NCBI GenBank assembly: GCA_013265495.1
Contig: MU061578.1
Location: forward strand, 3,791,308 to 3,855,307
DNA from: Vicugna vicugna
Taxonomy: Eukaryota
DNA length: 64,000 nt
Direction: 5' to 3'
This document shows positions 36,801-50,739 of the stretch, piece after piece; the first letter of the stretch is position 1, and each line of letters begins with the position of its first letter. Under the pieces are notes generated by a model, which saw only the letters and a list, made by a program, of their open reading frames with translations, made no database searches and was not told the DNA's origin. A program made the position numbers and the translations under genes.

Positions 36801-39800
36801 GGGCAGACTGGGCCGTGGGAAGGGAGACCAGGAAAGACCTGTGAGCGTGGTGGGTGGGTGATGGGCTGTCTTGGGGTCTCAGAGTGTGGGTCTGCCTCCA
36901 GCTGGGATTGGGGCTCATTCCTTGAGGGAGGGATGGTATTGGGACCAGGCTTGGGGAGACGTTGAGGAGAGGGTAGATGGAGAGTCCTGCAGCAGCAGTG
37001 GCCCGAGGTGAGGGCAAGGCTGGTGCCAGCCCTTCAGGGCAAGCTCTTGGATGCAGCGAGAATGACATTCTGACCACCCAAGCACCGATGTGACTGCAGC
37101 AGGCTGTGGGCGCCCTCTCTGGCACGGCAGAGCGCTCAGAGGTAGTTTGGGTGCTCCCTGCACCTTCCAGCAGCACCGGGCAAGGCGGCGGCTCCCTGGA
37201 GCTGCTGGCACGAGACTCGAGACTCTCCGTTCCAGGGTCAGGATGTGAAGGAATGTGGGGGATGGGCCAGCCTGTCAAACACTCGAAGGATGAATCCAAG
37301 GCAGCCCGTCTCAGGCTCTAAAGTCTAGACCTTGGCCCAGCAGTCAAGGTCAGGCGGGTAGTATGTTAGTTTCATGTATGTGGGTGTCACACATGTGTCC
37401 TTGCCTGCAAGAGACTGCCTGGGAAGGAGGTGGCAGCCCTTGCAACAGAGTTGGAATTTTTTTCCCTCCGCTTTCTGCAAGTGGGTATTTAAATCAGAGG
37501 CACAAAAGACCAGTTGCTCTCTCCTCCTCTCAACGGTTAACCTTGTCAGAACTGGGAACACCTCTGAGTCACGGGGGGGCCTCGGTTGAGATTCCAAGCG
37601 GGAAGTTAAAGACAGGCGCTCGCCCGTTCTGGCAGATGTGGGGAGTGATTTAGGGCCCGGCTCCCTGGCGGACATTAGGGAGAGCCCAGGCAGGATGGGT
37701 CTCGGGGAAGCAGCTCAGCCCTTGTGAGTTGGCAGCGAGTTTGGGCACCGTCCCCAGAGCACTGCGCCCGCCGTGGATGACAGATGGGGGCCGCTCTGCC
37801 ACGCTGTCTTCACAGAGTGAGTAGTGGCTCGTCGTCATCTTGCTCAGGAGGAGCCCCGCTGAACACACAAACACCTCCAAGAGAGGTGAGGGTGTGCTGT
37901 CCTGTGTGGCCCGACAGGCGTGTGCAAGGGCACTGGTGTCCTGGGCCCCTGGGGCGCTTGCCCCTCTGTTGCAGGGAAGAGCAGGGTGTTGGCAGTGCTG
38001 GAGGAGCCTGGAGCTCTGATTAGTGGGGACAATTGGTGAATGTGCTAAATTAGAGCGTGCCGGTGGGGACAGTGCCAAATCTCTGTGCTTCTGGGGTTCA
38101 GTGGGGAGCAGGGAGCCTTGTGGTGTGAGCAGCCCACCCCTCCATGGCCACAAGCAGCTCTTGGATGTGTGGGGATTTCAGGGGCTCTGGGAGACTCCCC
38201 TTCCTAAGTGTGATGCTGATGTGGATCAAGGCAGTGTCCCAGAGCAGCCCCCAACCCCAGCCTCAGCCATAGCTTCTCTCTTTGCTGAAGTAGGGAACGG
38301 CGCTGGCAGAGAGAGGACCTAGAACCCCCTCTGCAGGGACTGCCCTGGGTAAGACCAGCCCCCTCCCTTCCAGTCGGTCTAGACTGGTGCAAGTATGCCT
38401 CTAGCCCTGTCTGGTGGTGTCAGGTCTCCCTCCTGCACGGGCCCTGGGCCAGGCCTCAGCACCCAGCATGGCTCGCCTGAACCACTCAGGCACATAGGGA
38501 GCTGATGTTAATGAACGCGTTTGTGGCTGGGTGAGGGGCAGAGGTGGGCTGGGTAGGTGGTGATGCTTGGGGGCTGCTCGGGGGCTGGTGTGCTGGCTGA
38601 CGGTGCAGGGAGGAGGCCAGCAGCCCCCTGGCCTACTTGGAGCTGGGGGACAGGTCAATCCTCCTGGGTGGGCATGGCCCCTGTGCCCCTGCCTAGAACT
38701 GTGCAAAGCCTGACCGTGCACCAGTGCCAAGACGCCTGGCAGGCAGCAGCTGGCCTGCTTGGTCATGCTGTCCTCTCCCTGTTCTGGGCTCTACCAGCAC
38801 CCCTCCCCAGCTGGCTTCCAGGTGAGGTCAGTGTGCTGACGCAGTGAGGACAACACCCCTTTTCTGGGCTGCAGGGGCCTCTCTGCTTCCTGCCCACCTG
38901 CCTGCACCTGTTGGAGCCCTTGGTTGGGAGTGGTTGTGTCTCAGCCCCTTGCTGGCCTGAGGATTGTGGTGGGGCCACCCTGACACCACTTTGTGGGGCA
39001 TGATCCCTGGAGGCAGGACCCCCCCACCCAGTGAGGCTGGGGCCAGGGCCTCCAACATTCCTGGGGGCTCCTGGTCACTGGAGGAAGGTCTACGGCCCCT
39101 TCCTTAGCCTGAGTGGAGCCCCAGGTTCTCTCTCATGTCACCATTTTCTTTTCCATCACTGACGGAGCAGGGTTTGCCAAGTGCCCTGGTTCAGGGAGTG
39201 AAGGACGCAGTTTAGTTCAGGCCGGCTGGTGAGAGGCACTGGAAGCTGATCGGGACACAGACCACCGGCCCCACTCTCAGCCCCCTCCCCTGCTCTGAGA
39301 GTGCCCAGTCCTGCCCCAGGGTCCCTTCACCCTGGCCTGCATGGAGGGTGTGCAGCGTTGGGTGCATTAATGGAGGAATGGAAAGACTAGGAGGATTTTT
39401 CCAGAAGGTGGTAGAACTTCTGGAGTGGACAGAACTTGTGTCCCTGAAGTCCGAGGCAGGGAGGTGAGGGTGGGCTCTGAGCTTGGGGTCCCCTCCTGCT
39501 CCAGGCCCTGTCAGGGTATCAGGGGCTGGGGCCCCATTGCACCCAAGTGCTGGGGCCACTAGGGTCACCACTCCAAAGCTAAGGGGCCTTGTTGTGTGAA
39601 GTCACCTCCTGGACTTTGGTTTTCCCAAACTGGTGGACTAGCCTTTCTCAGACTGCTCTAGGCCTCCTTTGGCCACTGAGGGCCTTTGGGCAATGCCATA
39701 GGGGAGCCTACCCCTCAGGTTCTCAGGTGCTAGGCCTGAGCTGCTGACTTGGCACCACTAGGGTGACCTTTGAGCCCCTCCCAGGCACCCCAGAGGTCTG

Positions 39801-40254
39801 GGGCCAGCTGCCACTGATCTTGGCCTTGGTCTCAATGGTTCTTGTGACTGTAAGGAGGTGTCCACCTGTTGGTTGGTCAGGACAGCCACCTCCCCTGAGT
39901 CCTGTGTGGTTGACATGGAGTGGGCCAGACCCCTGCAGCAGTGTGCACACTCTGGGCTTTGCCCTTGGTGCTGGCCTGGGGTGGAGCCCTAGGGAGCCCT
40001 CAAAGGGAACAGAGAACAGGCATGAGGGTAGCAGGGTTGGGGGCTTGGCAGAGGTGGACCCCCTGCCCTAGATTGGGGACATCACTGCAGGCCCGGGCAG
40101 AGCAGCCAGGCTGGTGGGGGTACCAGGAGCGGTGGGGGAAGGCAGGTTGGGCACTGAGGGTGGAAAGAGCATGAGGGGCACTGCGCCCATTGGGGTGCAG
40201 TGTCCAGGGTGTGGCTGTGGGGGGCAAGCACATCATACACACAAACAGGCATGT

Positions 40255-40725
40255 GTAGGCTCGTACACAGGCTCAAGTGGGTCCCCCAAATTCACATGCA
40301 GCCTCAGAACGTGGCCTCATGTGGAGATGGAGTCTTTGCAGATGTGGTCAAGTTAGGATGAGGTCAGACTGGGCTGGGGTGGGTCTCAGTCCGATGACAG
40401 GTTGTCCTCTTGTCCTCATAAGAGGAGCATATGCAAGGAGAAGCCACCTGAAGGTGGAGGAAAAGGAAATTGGACTGTGAAAGAGAGGCAGATGCTGTGT
40501 GATGCGGTCATACACCTTGGACGCCCAGGGTGTCCTGCAGACAGTAGAGGCTGGGAGAGGCCTGGGATGGATCCCTGCTCATGGGCCCCAGAAGGACCAG
40601 CCTGCTGACACCCTGATCTTGGTCTCCTGACTTCCAGATCGTGAGAGGACACGTTGCTGTGGTTTAAGCCCCTGCCGCCCGCCACTGGTCTGTGGTACTT
40701 TGTTTGAGGGACCCTCCCCAGCTCC
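40255..40725 (+). mobile_element. MLT1B/C-like solo LTR
   Basis: gagtctttgcagatgtggtcaagttaggatgaggtcagactgg...gctgacaccctgatcttgg...gtggtttaagcc...gtctgtggtactttgtt. Confidence 0.85.
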
Positions 40726-43472
40726 AACACCTGGACTTGCCCTGTGCATTACCCCCAGAGGAAGAGGCAGGAGGTGTGGGAAGTATTAACAGGAGGCAGA
40801 CCCTCCTGAGATAAATCCCGCCAGCCGCCCCATGTCAGGCTCTTCAACGAGGAGCAGGAGAGGGAAAACCAGCTGTGAAGTCAGTCATTTGGAGGTCTTG
40901 TCACCAGGGAGGCCTGGTTAGACTTTCAGGGTGGTGTCTTGGGTGCCGGGGGGTTGCCCCTGCCCCAGCCTGGGGTGCTTCCCTGAGGGGGTATCTGTCC
41001 ACGACCTCAGTCCTTCAGGTGCCTTTCTGCTGCGTGCAGACTGCGGAGAGCCCTCTGGGAGTCTGGGGCCCTTGCTGAGCTTCCCCTGTTCACTCGGGGG
41101 CCGTTGGGGGCTTTCTTGCTGCTCCTGGAGGGTACAGTTTAGGGGCAGTGGTTGCCAAGGGAGCCCCTGGTGTCCAGCCTCGCCTTGCTCTGTATTGAGA
41201 CCCTTGGCTGAGCTGAGGGTGTCCTGCTGGGTGCAGCATGAATGGCTGGCAGGTGATGGGCTGGATTCCCAGCTGGGGACCTGGCCTAGCAGCAGGGACT
41301 TTGGGAGGCGTCTGGGCTCCAGCTGCTGTCACATCGAACTGGCCAGGGAAGAGACGGGCTCGGGACTGGAGCTGGACGCCCCCAGGATCCACCCCTTCCC
41401 TGCTGGAGCCCAGCCCTGGGCTTTCACAGATTTCTAGGGTGCCCTGCTTCAGGCCTGGCTCTTGGAGGTTCCCATGGACTGGCCTCAGGTCTCTCAAGGC
41501 TACTAGGCTCCTTCCTATGGCCCTGGGACTGTGTTCAGGGCTCTGGGGCAGCACTTGGCTGTGTGTAGGGGGGCAGGGGACACGCAGACAGATGAGATCC
41601 AGGTCCTGTCATGGCTGAGATCGACCATTGCCTGTCCTGGGTGGACAGTGGGATGGGGCTGGGGAACAATCTGCTGGGGCCTGGGTGTGAAGGCCGGGTA
41701 TGTGGGCCTCGGGTGCCCCCCTGAAGGGTGGATGGGGGTCAGGGACCTGGCTTGGAGACAGGGAAACAAGTGTGGGGGCATCTGGAGGTGGGCAGGAGCC
41801 TCAGGGCCTGGGAGCATGTTGGGTGCTCTCCCAAGAAGGGGTAGCCAGGAGGGTCCACTGAGCAGCTAGCCTGCTTCCTGGATGCCCAGCCCTGTGGGGC
41901 CCCTCCTGCTACAGAGACAGGAAGCCTTTGGGAAGGTGTGAGGGCGGCAACGACCGGAAAGGGTGGAGGCCACGTGGTTCTGCCTGCTGCGTCCCTTTGT
42001 CTTTCAAGCAGTCGCCAGGCGGCCTTGGTCTGATGAGTCAGCCTGCATTAGCACCTCATCGAAATGGACAAGAACATGTCCCAAGTCCTGGGTTGCTGGC
42101 AGGGCAGCCGCCAGGCCCAGCCTGTGGAGTGGGCCTGCTGCGTCCCTCTGATGCTGTGTGCTGTGCCTCGGGCGTGGCAGGCCTGGTGCTCGGGCAGCTT
42201 CAGTCCCGCAGGAGCGCCCTCAGGCTCAGGTTTTAGAGTTGTTTGGTTCAGTGGGAGTTCTAGGACAAGGAGGAGTCCCCCGCGGTGAAGGGGGGGGGCA
42301 CACAAGGGTGCAGATGGTGGAGCTGACCTGTTGGGAGGTGGGCAGGGGTGCAGGGTAGGTCCCCCAGCAGGGGCAGGAGACGTGAGAGGTCTGGCAGGTG
42401 GACCGCCTTGGGTGGGATTGAGGCAGGAGGAGGCCAGCTGAGTGTGGGGACCTGGGTTCCCTGGGAACAACCCCCCATTTGCTGAGTGCAGTGGTGTGAG
42501 TACTCAGATGCAGGATCAGGGGGCAGGAACCACTGTCCTGAGGAATGTTTTAGAAGTCAGAAACTGTGTCAAGAATGGCCAGCCAGTCAGCCTGGGGCAC
42601 AGACTTACAAAACAAGTCCCCAGACCAAGGGTTTTTGTTTCAGAAGTGGATTTTCCTTGCTATTCCAGAACCTTTGAAAGATCTACTCTCGAAATCTGGG
42701 TCGCTTAAATAGGAGGGGGAGGCAGAACTGTCTCAAGGACCTGCAGGCAGAGGTGGGTAGGCTCAGGAAAGTGGGTCCAGCCTCACCCCACCCCACCTCC
42801 ATTCAGTGCTAGTCATAGCCCAGTGGACTTCTGGGTGTTGGTGCTGGTGAGGGTGATGCCTAGGCAGAGAAAAGGGGGGTGTCTGGGCCTGGAGGTCTGT
42901 GGAACCAAGCTCCTCTCCTGAGAGCAAACTGTGTGCTCACCACTCCCCATCTGGCCCCTCCGAGGTCTGGCAGCACCCACACCCCGGTCTCCGAGTCCAG
43001 TATTTTACTGATTTCCCACCCAGCCCTGCCCTGCCTTGCCCTGTCCTCGTGGTTTCTCTTAGTTCCTGAGATTCAGGTCTGGACCTTGACTGAGTGGCAG
43101 GGATTCCTTGCATTTGTGTATTTCCTCACTTGGATGGCACCAGGACTTGGGGGATGGGGGCAGGCCGCTTCGTGTGGTCAGGATGGGGTTGCCAGGTTCT
43201 TCCTGGGTGTGTCTCACCCCAGAAGGCCGTGCTGAGCCCTGGGTCATGTTTCTGCCCACAGGAGTTGGGAGGGCCCTGTGGGTCAGGTGCCTGGTCACCT
43301 CTGACCTTGGGGCTCACTCTGTTTCTTCTGAGGAGCTCTTCACTCTGTCTCAGCCCTGGAGGGGCACTTCAGCACCTGAGTTCTGTCTACCAGTGAGGAA
43401 ACCAAGGGTCAGAGTGGGTTCCTGCATGGCCCCCGGGATTTGGAGCCCAGGCAGGCAGACCCTGGCGCCCGC

Positions 43473-43990
43473 TTTCTTCTTTCATTTTGTTGAAATGTAA
43501 CATGCACATGGTACAGCCCAGTCAGTGAAATGCACAATTTGTTGGTCTTTGCTGTGGTCAGGTTTGTGCAACTGTCACTCTAGTCAATTCCAGAACTTTT
43601 TCATCACCCGAAAAGGACACTCCTCCCTATCAGCGGTCACCCCTCCCCAAGTCTGCGTTCTGTCTCTGGATGTGCCTGCTCTGGACATTTCACAGAAATG
43701 GGAACGCACATGAAATGTCTGTGATTTTGCATCCTTGGGGCTCATCCAGCACATCAGTGCGTCACTCCTCTTAAGTCTGATGTGGTGGGACATTGTGTTC
43801 CTTGTTCGTTGATTGGTGGACGTGGCTGTTCTCCCCTTTTGGCTGCTATAAATGGTGCTGCCATGAGCAGTTGTGTCCGAGTTCTGTTGGGAACGTACCC
43901 AGGAGCGGAATTGCCGGGTTATAGGGAACCATGTTACATTGTTTGAGATGCCAAAGCATTTTCCAAAACAGCACCTCCTTCCTGTCCATT
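43473..43990 (-). mobile_element. L1MB/ME-like 3' end, antisense in intron 2
   Basis: caattccagaactttttcatcacccgaaaag...ctggacatttcacagaaatggga...tacccaggagcggaattgccggg. Confidence 0.8.
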
Positions 43991-44409
43991 TGCCCCCTGG
44001 ACTTGGGGTCTCTGAGCCAGTGGATCTGCAGCGGCCTTGGCAGTAGTCCCAGAGGAGGCAGCTGGTGGGCACTGGACACCACACCCAGCCCATGCCTGAG
44101 CCCACTGTGTGAGCAGGACGCACTCGTCTCCTCTCCTGCTCATGGGGCGTCCCCTTGGGAGTCAGGCAACACTGCCCAGTGGGTTTAGAAGAGGGGTCCT
44201 GGGTTGAGTGGGGCTTCTGGTCTGGATCTCCTTTCGATGGACCATCCAAGTGGAGCTGTTGGAACCACATCCTGGCACACAGATGGGTGCATGGGAGGGG
44301 CGGTGCTCAGACCTGGGCCAGTGGTGCCGGCCTGCAGGTGGGAGTAGCTGGCGTGTGTTTGCCCAGCATCTATTTCTCCATCAGCCCTCTGGAGAATTTC
44401 AACACCCAC

Positions 44410-44600
44410 ACTTGGAATAAAAAAAAATTATTAATGAGCTTGGTGCAGTTTCCATGGGAACCTGTTGCTAATGAATCTCTGGGGTTTCCTTTTACCTCTG
44501 CAGAGAAGCTAGAGGCCCGAGCCATGCTCCCAAAGACGACATGTTTCCGACTAATCAATCAGGTTGCCGTGGCAACGCCTGTCACTAATCCCCAGCCCAG
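44410..44600. promoter_or_regulatory. Candidate intronic enhancer (RFX + PBX/MEIS + homeodomain sites)
   Basis: X-boxes GTTTCCATGGGAAC 44448-44461 and GTTGCCGTGGCAAC 44563-44576; ATCAATCA 44554; CTGTCA 44579; TAATCC 44586. Motif evidence only. Confidence 0.55.
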
Positions 44601-44779
44601 CTCCTGGTTTACTGGCCTGGCCCGAGTTACATAAAGCAATTTAGTGTGTTCAGGGCTGCTCCCAGATTAGAGACCCCTTGCCCCCCAGCTGGCACCTTGG
44701 ATGCCTGTTTCCAGGGTGCCCCTGCTAACTGCCGTCCCACCCCCTCCAGGGGCCACAGGTAGGGTTCCCTAGACTCAGA

Positions 44780-44915
44780 AGATGGACGCACCAGTGCCTG
44801 TGGCATTTGAGTTTTTGTTAGAAAGAGAAGCACCAGAGAGTCGGATCTTTGCTTGGTCCACTGTGTGTGCGGTGCCCAGAGGGTTGGCACTGGCAAGTGC
44901 TTGGTGAATGCTGAG
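44780..44915 (+). mobile_element. L2 3' terminal fragment
   Basis: ttggtccactg...gtgcccagagggttggcactggcaagtgcttggtgaatgctga. Confidence 0.5.
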
Positions 44916-45750
44916 GAGACCACAGGTGGGACACTCAAGGCTGTGGAGCTGGCTCATTCCCAGGTGGCCTGTGGCTCCAGGGCCCCCAGAGGTAGCTGCT
45001 TATCCCCAGGCCAGGAGGAGGGAGACATTCTAGGAGCATGGGCACCTGATTCTGAGAGATGGACCAGAATCCTGAGGCGTGGGCATAGGAGGTGAGGGTG
45101 GGTTCCAGGAGTCCCGCCCTGTCCCATTAATGGGAGGGATCCTGCGGTGACCGTGCACGCCCTCACTCACCCCCAGGAGCCCACAGGGTCTGGACTGCTC
45201 TGATGATAGCCTGATGCCTGGGGCTGCACGTGGTAGGCATCTGGTAGACATCGATGACCTCCCTCTTTGTTCTTCTGGCCTGAATATTTGAGGCCCTGCT
45301 GTGTGCAGGTGCTTGCAAAGGGTTGGGAAGTGGAAGAATCTTGCTCTCAGCGGTCCTGCTGTCTGCCCAGGGGCCTGGCTCTAGGACTGTGTCTGCCGTG
45401 CAGGGAGGTGCTGTGGGGCCCACCAACCTGGGCAAGGAGGCCACTGGACTTGGGGTTTTGGCTCTCTCTCCAGCTACTCTTGGACATCTTGCAGCTGCCG
45501 AGTGAGTGCTGGGTTGGAGGCAGGTGGCCTTTCTCATAGTTGCAGGTGGGAGGGCTTCCCAGAGGAGGTGGTCTCCACAGGGCCCTGATGGCAGGAGGGT
45601 GGGAACAAGGTTCCTTGTCAGGGTAATACCCAGCGTGTCTTTGGACCCTGGTTCCCCTGAGAGCCCCTCATTCCAGCTCTGGGGACTGCTAGGGGCACCA
45701 AGCCCCTCAGACTCCTGAGCATGCCCTCTCCCACCCCCTCCCTCTGGGGT

Positions 45751-45788
45751 GATCAGGACACCCTGAGCCGATCAGGACACCCTGAGCC
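45751..45788. repeat. Perfect 19-bp tandem duplication
   Basis: gatcaggacaccctgagcc x2. Confidence 0.9.
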
Positions 45789-45814
45789 ACTCCCTCTGAA
45801 TGAGCATGCTGAGG

Positions 45815-46163
45815 AGGCTGTGACAGAGCTACTCAGACAGGGCGGCTGAAGCCACACAAATGTGTTTCTCCCAGTCCTGGAGGCTGGATGTTGAGATCAG
45901 GGTGTGGGCAGTGCTGGCTTCTCTTGAGGCCTCTGTCCTTGGCCTGTTGGTGTCTTCATCCTGTGTCCTTATGTGATGTCCCTCTGAGCATCTCATTTTT
46001 TCTCATAAGGACACAGTCTGGATTAAGGTCCAACCCAGTGACCTCCTTTTACCTTCATCACTGCTTTAAAGACCTGCATCTCCAAATATAGTCACATTCT
46101 GAAGTCCTGGGGGGCTACACTTCAACATAAAAACTTCTAGGGGAGGCCACTCCACCCATAGCA
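45815..46163 (-). mobile_element. MLT1A/B-like solo LTR (reverse)
   Basis: cagtcctggaggctggatgttgagatcagggtg...ataaggacacagtctggattaagg...tctccaaatatagtcacattctgaagtcctggggg...cttcaacat. Confidence 0.87.
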
Positions 46164-49100
46164 CTTCCCTAGAGCCCCCCCCAGGTGCTGGCTGGACCCA
46201 GCCTTCATCTCTGGGGTTCTCTGGTCTTTCTGAGGCCCAGGTGGCCCCCCTGGAGCACGAGGCAGGGCTCCCGGTGGGGTGCTTCCCCCACAGCCCTCTG
46301 ACAAGTCGTTCCCAGCCCATGTGGGTGCCTCCAGCCACACCTCCCAGTCTGCTCTCTGTGCCTGCCTTGGGGTCCCTGGCAGCACCCCACTCTCAAACAC
46401 CTGGCTGGTGACGGTCTGAATCATAGGCCTGAAACGGGGCCCATGGAGCCCCACATGGCCCAAGTGAAGGGGAGGCTGCCCACTGGGGCCAGGGTCTCAG
46501 ACCCTGGAGAGCCCCTGCCTGCCCTGGAGAGAAGGGGTGCTTCTGCCCTGGGCCTGAGGCTTGGTAAATACCGGAGTCAGGGCAGCAGGGAGGATGGAGG
46601 AAAGGTTCTAGGCAGTTACAGATAGCAGAGTGGTCTGATGCTGGGGGCCACAGCTGTGGAGTTTGCCGGGGTTGGGGGTGCTGAGGTCACAGATGGGAGG
46701 GAGTGTGGCCGGGCCCTGGGCGGCCATTCCAGGCCTGAGGTCTCTCAGCTCCTTACGTGGCTGGTGGAGCTCCCCGGCCCATGGCTATGTCCATACAGGA
46801 CGTTTGTTCTGACAGAAGAGGCTGGGATCTCACCCTGAAGACAGGGATACAGCCTTCTTGCAGGGTCCTGGGTGATGGGGTGGGGTCTGGAAATTGCTCT
46901 AGTTCTTCAGGTGAGTGAGTGGCAGGCAAGGGGGCAGGTGGACAGGTGCAGGCGGAGGGTGGGACTCAGAAGCCTGAGTGGCGCCCTGTCCCCACTGCCA
47001 AGCTGTCTCACACACTGGGTGTCCCCTCCTTGGGCTGACACCACAGGCCAAGGGTCAGCAGTTAAATCAGAGGCTTGTCCCCCAGAGCCCATGGCCATCC
47101 TGGGCTTGTCATACAGTGGCCCCCCAACCATGTACTTGTGCCCTGCTTCCTGGAGTTACTGAGCCTGATGAGTTAATGTCTAGAGTGACCGCGGCCCTGC
47201 ACAGAGCCAGGAGTCGTGGGTCATCCCTGCCCTGCTAGCCAACAGCACCCCAGGCTTGTGAGGCCCCTGTTCCTCTGGGTGGCTGTTGAGGTCGTGGTCC
47301 AGCTTCCCTGGACTTCTCTGTTAGGCGTCCTTCTTGAAGGAATGTCATCTCGTCTGCTGGTGGAGGCACTGACCAGAGGCGGAAGGACTGGGCAGCCGTG
47401 CGTCCCCCATGGGCGGGGTATTTAAGTAGAGATGTTGCCTGAGCGACCATGTGCAGGGGTGTCTCCAGGGGGCTCCACAGGTCCTCCCAACCCACGGTGG
47501 GACAGGGCAGAGGTGGGCTATGTGGTGTTCAGGGCCAGATCCCCAGGATCCATTCTGGCCATTGGGATCCTGTGGACTGGTCCCCCAGGTCTACTCTGTT
47601 CCTCTCATAGTCACGTGACCTGAAATGTAGCCAAGTCTGTATCTGTTGTGATTTGTGGCTGGGTGTGTGTGCATAGGGTGACAGGGGCCCAAGGTGCCCA
47701 GCCAGTGGCTTCTGCTGTGTGCTGCCAGAATAGGCAGATCTCTCTGTCATGGTCCCCAAACATGGGGCCCACATGGTGGTGTCAGTGCAGGGATTGGAGC
47801 AGGGCCCCCTGTGACAGTGGACATCCCAGGAGGTGTCTGTTCTTCCCTGGCCTGGGGCAGACCCAGATGGTGACCTTGCAGGGGGCACTGTGCGGGAGAG
47901 GGGCTGTTGGGGGCTTCACCGCTGATTCGTCCCTCTCAGCTCCCAGCACACTACCTCCTCCCACCTTGGTCCTGGCTGCAAGTCCTGTCCCAGAACCCTC
48001 TCAGGAAGGCGACGTTCTCTGTACCAGCCTCTTGGCTCATAGGCTGACCCCTCGTGGAACGGGCAGCCTCTGGTCCCGGGCTTGGCGGCCAGAACTCAAG
48101 CCTCTAAGTTCTGTTGACCGCCTGATGCCTGGAATTCCATCGCGGAGTGCACTCTGTCCCAGGGCTGCACCCTGTTCCAAGCAGAACCCCTGTCCCCCGC
48201 AGTCACCCTGGAAGCCTGTGGACAGGAAACTGGGGGCGGGGCTGAGCCCTGGAGCACGAGATTGGGGTGCAGGCCTGCCCTCCACCCATCAAGGCCCACC
48301 CCTGGGTGGAGCGGGGTGCTGCTGGTATAGTTGGGAGGGTGTTTACTGTCCCAGTGCCGCACCCCCTATCAACAGCCACTGGGCTCCCCATGCCTGCCTT
48401 CTTGCGGCCTCGCAGGAGGTCCGGACAGGGTGGTGTGACTCTCCTGTGGGCTGGGGGCCGGGATCCCTCTGTCCGTCTCTCCCAAGCCTGGCTCCAGTCC
48501 CGGGTGAGTAGATTGTGTCGTGTTGTGACCTGCTCCCCTCTGTGAGGCCAAACCCTGCAGGGCCACGTTGGGGAGTTTGGGACTCCAGACAGAGGCTGGG
48601 GTGTTTTCTGCACATTTGAATTACGTTTGGCCTGTGGGCTGGTGGGAGCAAGCGATGTTTTAATTCCTAATTTAGACTGTTTATCTGCAAAGCTCTGGAA
48701 GCCAGGCGGGAAGAGACTCTCCCCCCACTGCCGCGTCCCTCCCAGGCGCCTCCCGCCTCCAGCACACTGGGGCACGGGTGGGGTCTCCCCTCTGGGCCCC
48801 TACCCCAGCCAGCCCCCGATGGCCTCCTAGATGGGGTGTCTCTGTGCAGTCAGCTGGGGACTACCCACCCTCCAGGAGGGGTGGCCCCCTCCCACGCCTT
48901 CCAGGCCTTTCTTTGGGCCGGGACTCGGAGTTGTGAGGAATCTGGTGGCAAGGCCAGGAGGACTCAGCTGTGGCCTCATCTGAATTTTACCGTAAAAGAG
49001 GGACTAGAGAAACGGGGAGAAGAGCCCAGTCAGGGAAAGCAAGCCTGCATTACTCCCCCTACGCAGGTCCTCTCCAGCTCGCTAACGACCGTCCCAGGAT

Positions 49101-50739
49101 CTATGTTGTTTCCAACTTTAATTAGAAAATATATTTCTTTCTCTGGCCATAATGATCTGGTTGAGGCCGGGCTTGCTTCCCAGTTGCCATGTCGACCAGA
49201 TTTGAGCCCCTTCGACGTCCACTCCTGGCCCATCCTCTTTGGAGGGGGCTGGGTTGGGGACTGACCTTGCCTTTGGAGTGTCCATGACACACCTGCTACT
49301 TGCAGGAACTCCTAGCTGGGAGGGTGCTGGGCTGAGCTCACCCCTCATGCCACCAGAGACAGCGTGCTGTCACCTTGGGATCTGGAGGCCTGCAAGGGCC
49401 TGGGGCTGTGTGGGCCTGTGTGGGGCATCAGCCATCAAGGAGATCTCTATGGGGGTATGAAGGTGTGACCCAAACTGGGGGAGCTGGTGACAGCTGTCCT
49501 TGGAAAAGCCACTTGGACTGTGAGGAGCTAGTCCTGGCCTGCTGGAGGCTTTGCAGACCCCAAAGATCCCCCTCCAGGCAGCAAGCCCACCTGCTGGCTG
49601 CAGGCCTGAGATCCATCTCCCTGCTGCTTCCACCGCATCTGGAGCCAGCCACCAAATTGCAAACGCTCATGTCCTTGAACCTTGGCCTCATGGAAGCTTC
49701 TAGAAATGGGGGAGGGGCTCTGAACTGTGCCTTGAATGTCTGAGTGCAAAGGACACCCTCTGGGGCTTCTTCTGTACTCCCCAGCTCTACCAGTCACCCT
49801 CAGGCTGCCTTCCAAGCCCCCTTCCCACCAACAGGGCTTAGCTCGCCTCCCCCAGGGAGCATGTGGCAGCGGCTCAAGGAGGGAACCCAAGACGTGGGAA
49901 CAGCAGGTAACTCGCGTGCTGGGAGGTCGGGGATTCCCTAATTAAAGGATTTATTATGAAAGCACCCAGCGTCCTTGAAACGGGTTTCCTGCAGCCACAC
50001 ATACAGGTGTCGGCCTTCAGCCTGCAGGCAGTCTTGGGGGTGGCAGAGGGGCAGGGGGTCCCTGCCCTGAAAGCTTTTGGGCTCTCACTGGCGAAGGTCC
50101 ACCCATGGAAAAGATGGGCTTCACTCTCCCAGGAGAGGCCTGCTGAGCCCTGAGTGTCCCCCAGTCAGGGCCTTGCAGGGTGGGGGCACATCTGGGACCC
50201 TCAGGGCCCCAGCCAGCCCTGTGGTGATATGCTCAGGCCTTGGGCAGACACAGGGAGGGGTACCTGGGGGAGCACAGGGTGGAGCCGCTGACCTGCACTG
50301 GGTGTGGGAGTAGCATTCATGCAGCTGGAAGTGCTTCCATCCCCTGTGGATGTTAAGGTGTGGTTGTTACTGGGAGCCAGTTGGAGCCCAGGGGTGGCCT
50401 GTGGAGGGGCTTTGCACAGTCTGGGGTCCCTGATAGGTAGCAGGTCTAGGACCTGGGAGCCATAGGCCCAGTGGGCTCAGAAGAAAGCCCCTTGTGGGGA
50501 AACTGGGTGGGTGGCGGGATGAATCTGAGCCCTGAGTGGGGTGGGGACATCCTTCAGAGTATGGGAGCTCCTGGCATGATGGGACGCCAGGACCCTGGGA
50601 TGTGCTGGCTGCTCTGTTCTCCAGCCCCTGAAACAGAGGTTCCCAAACTCCAGGGCCTTGGGATTAATTGAGGCCCCAGGGAACTTCTGCGATGAGGCTT
50701 TGTCTTGCTGTTTACTTTATTGGAATTTAAAACTGAGAA

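Noticed and set aside
47648-48775. Intronic ORFs of 287 aa (+) and 190 aa (-)
   Set aside because: No homology recognised; GTG/ATG starts in poor context; typical GC artefacts.
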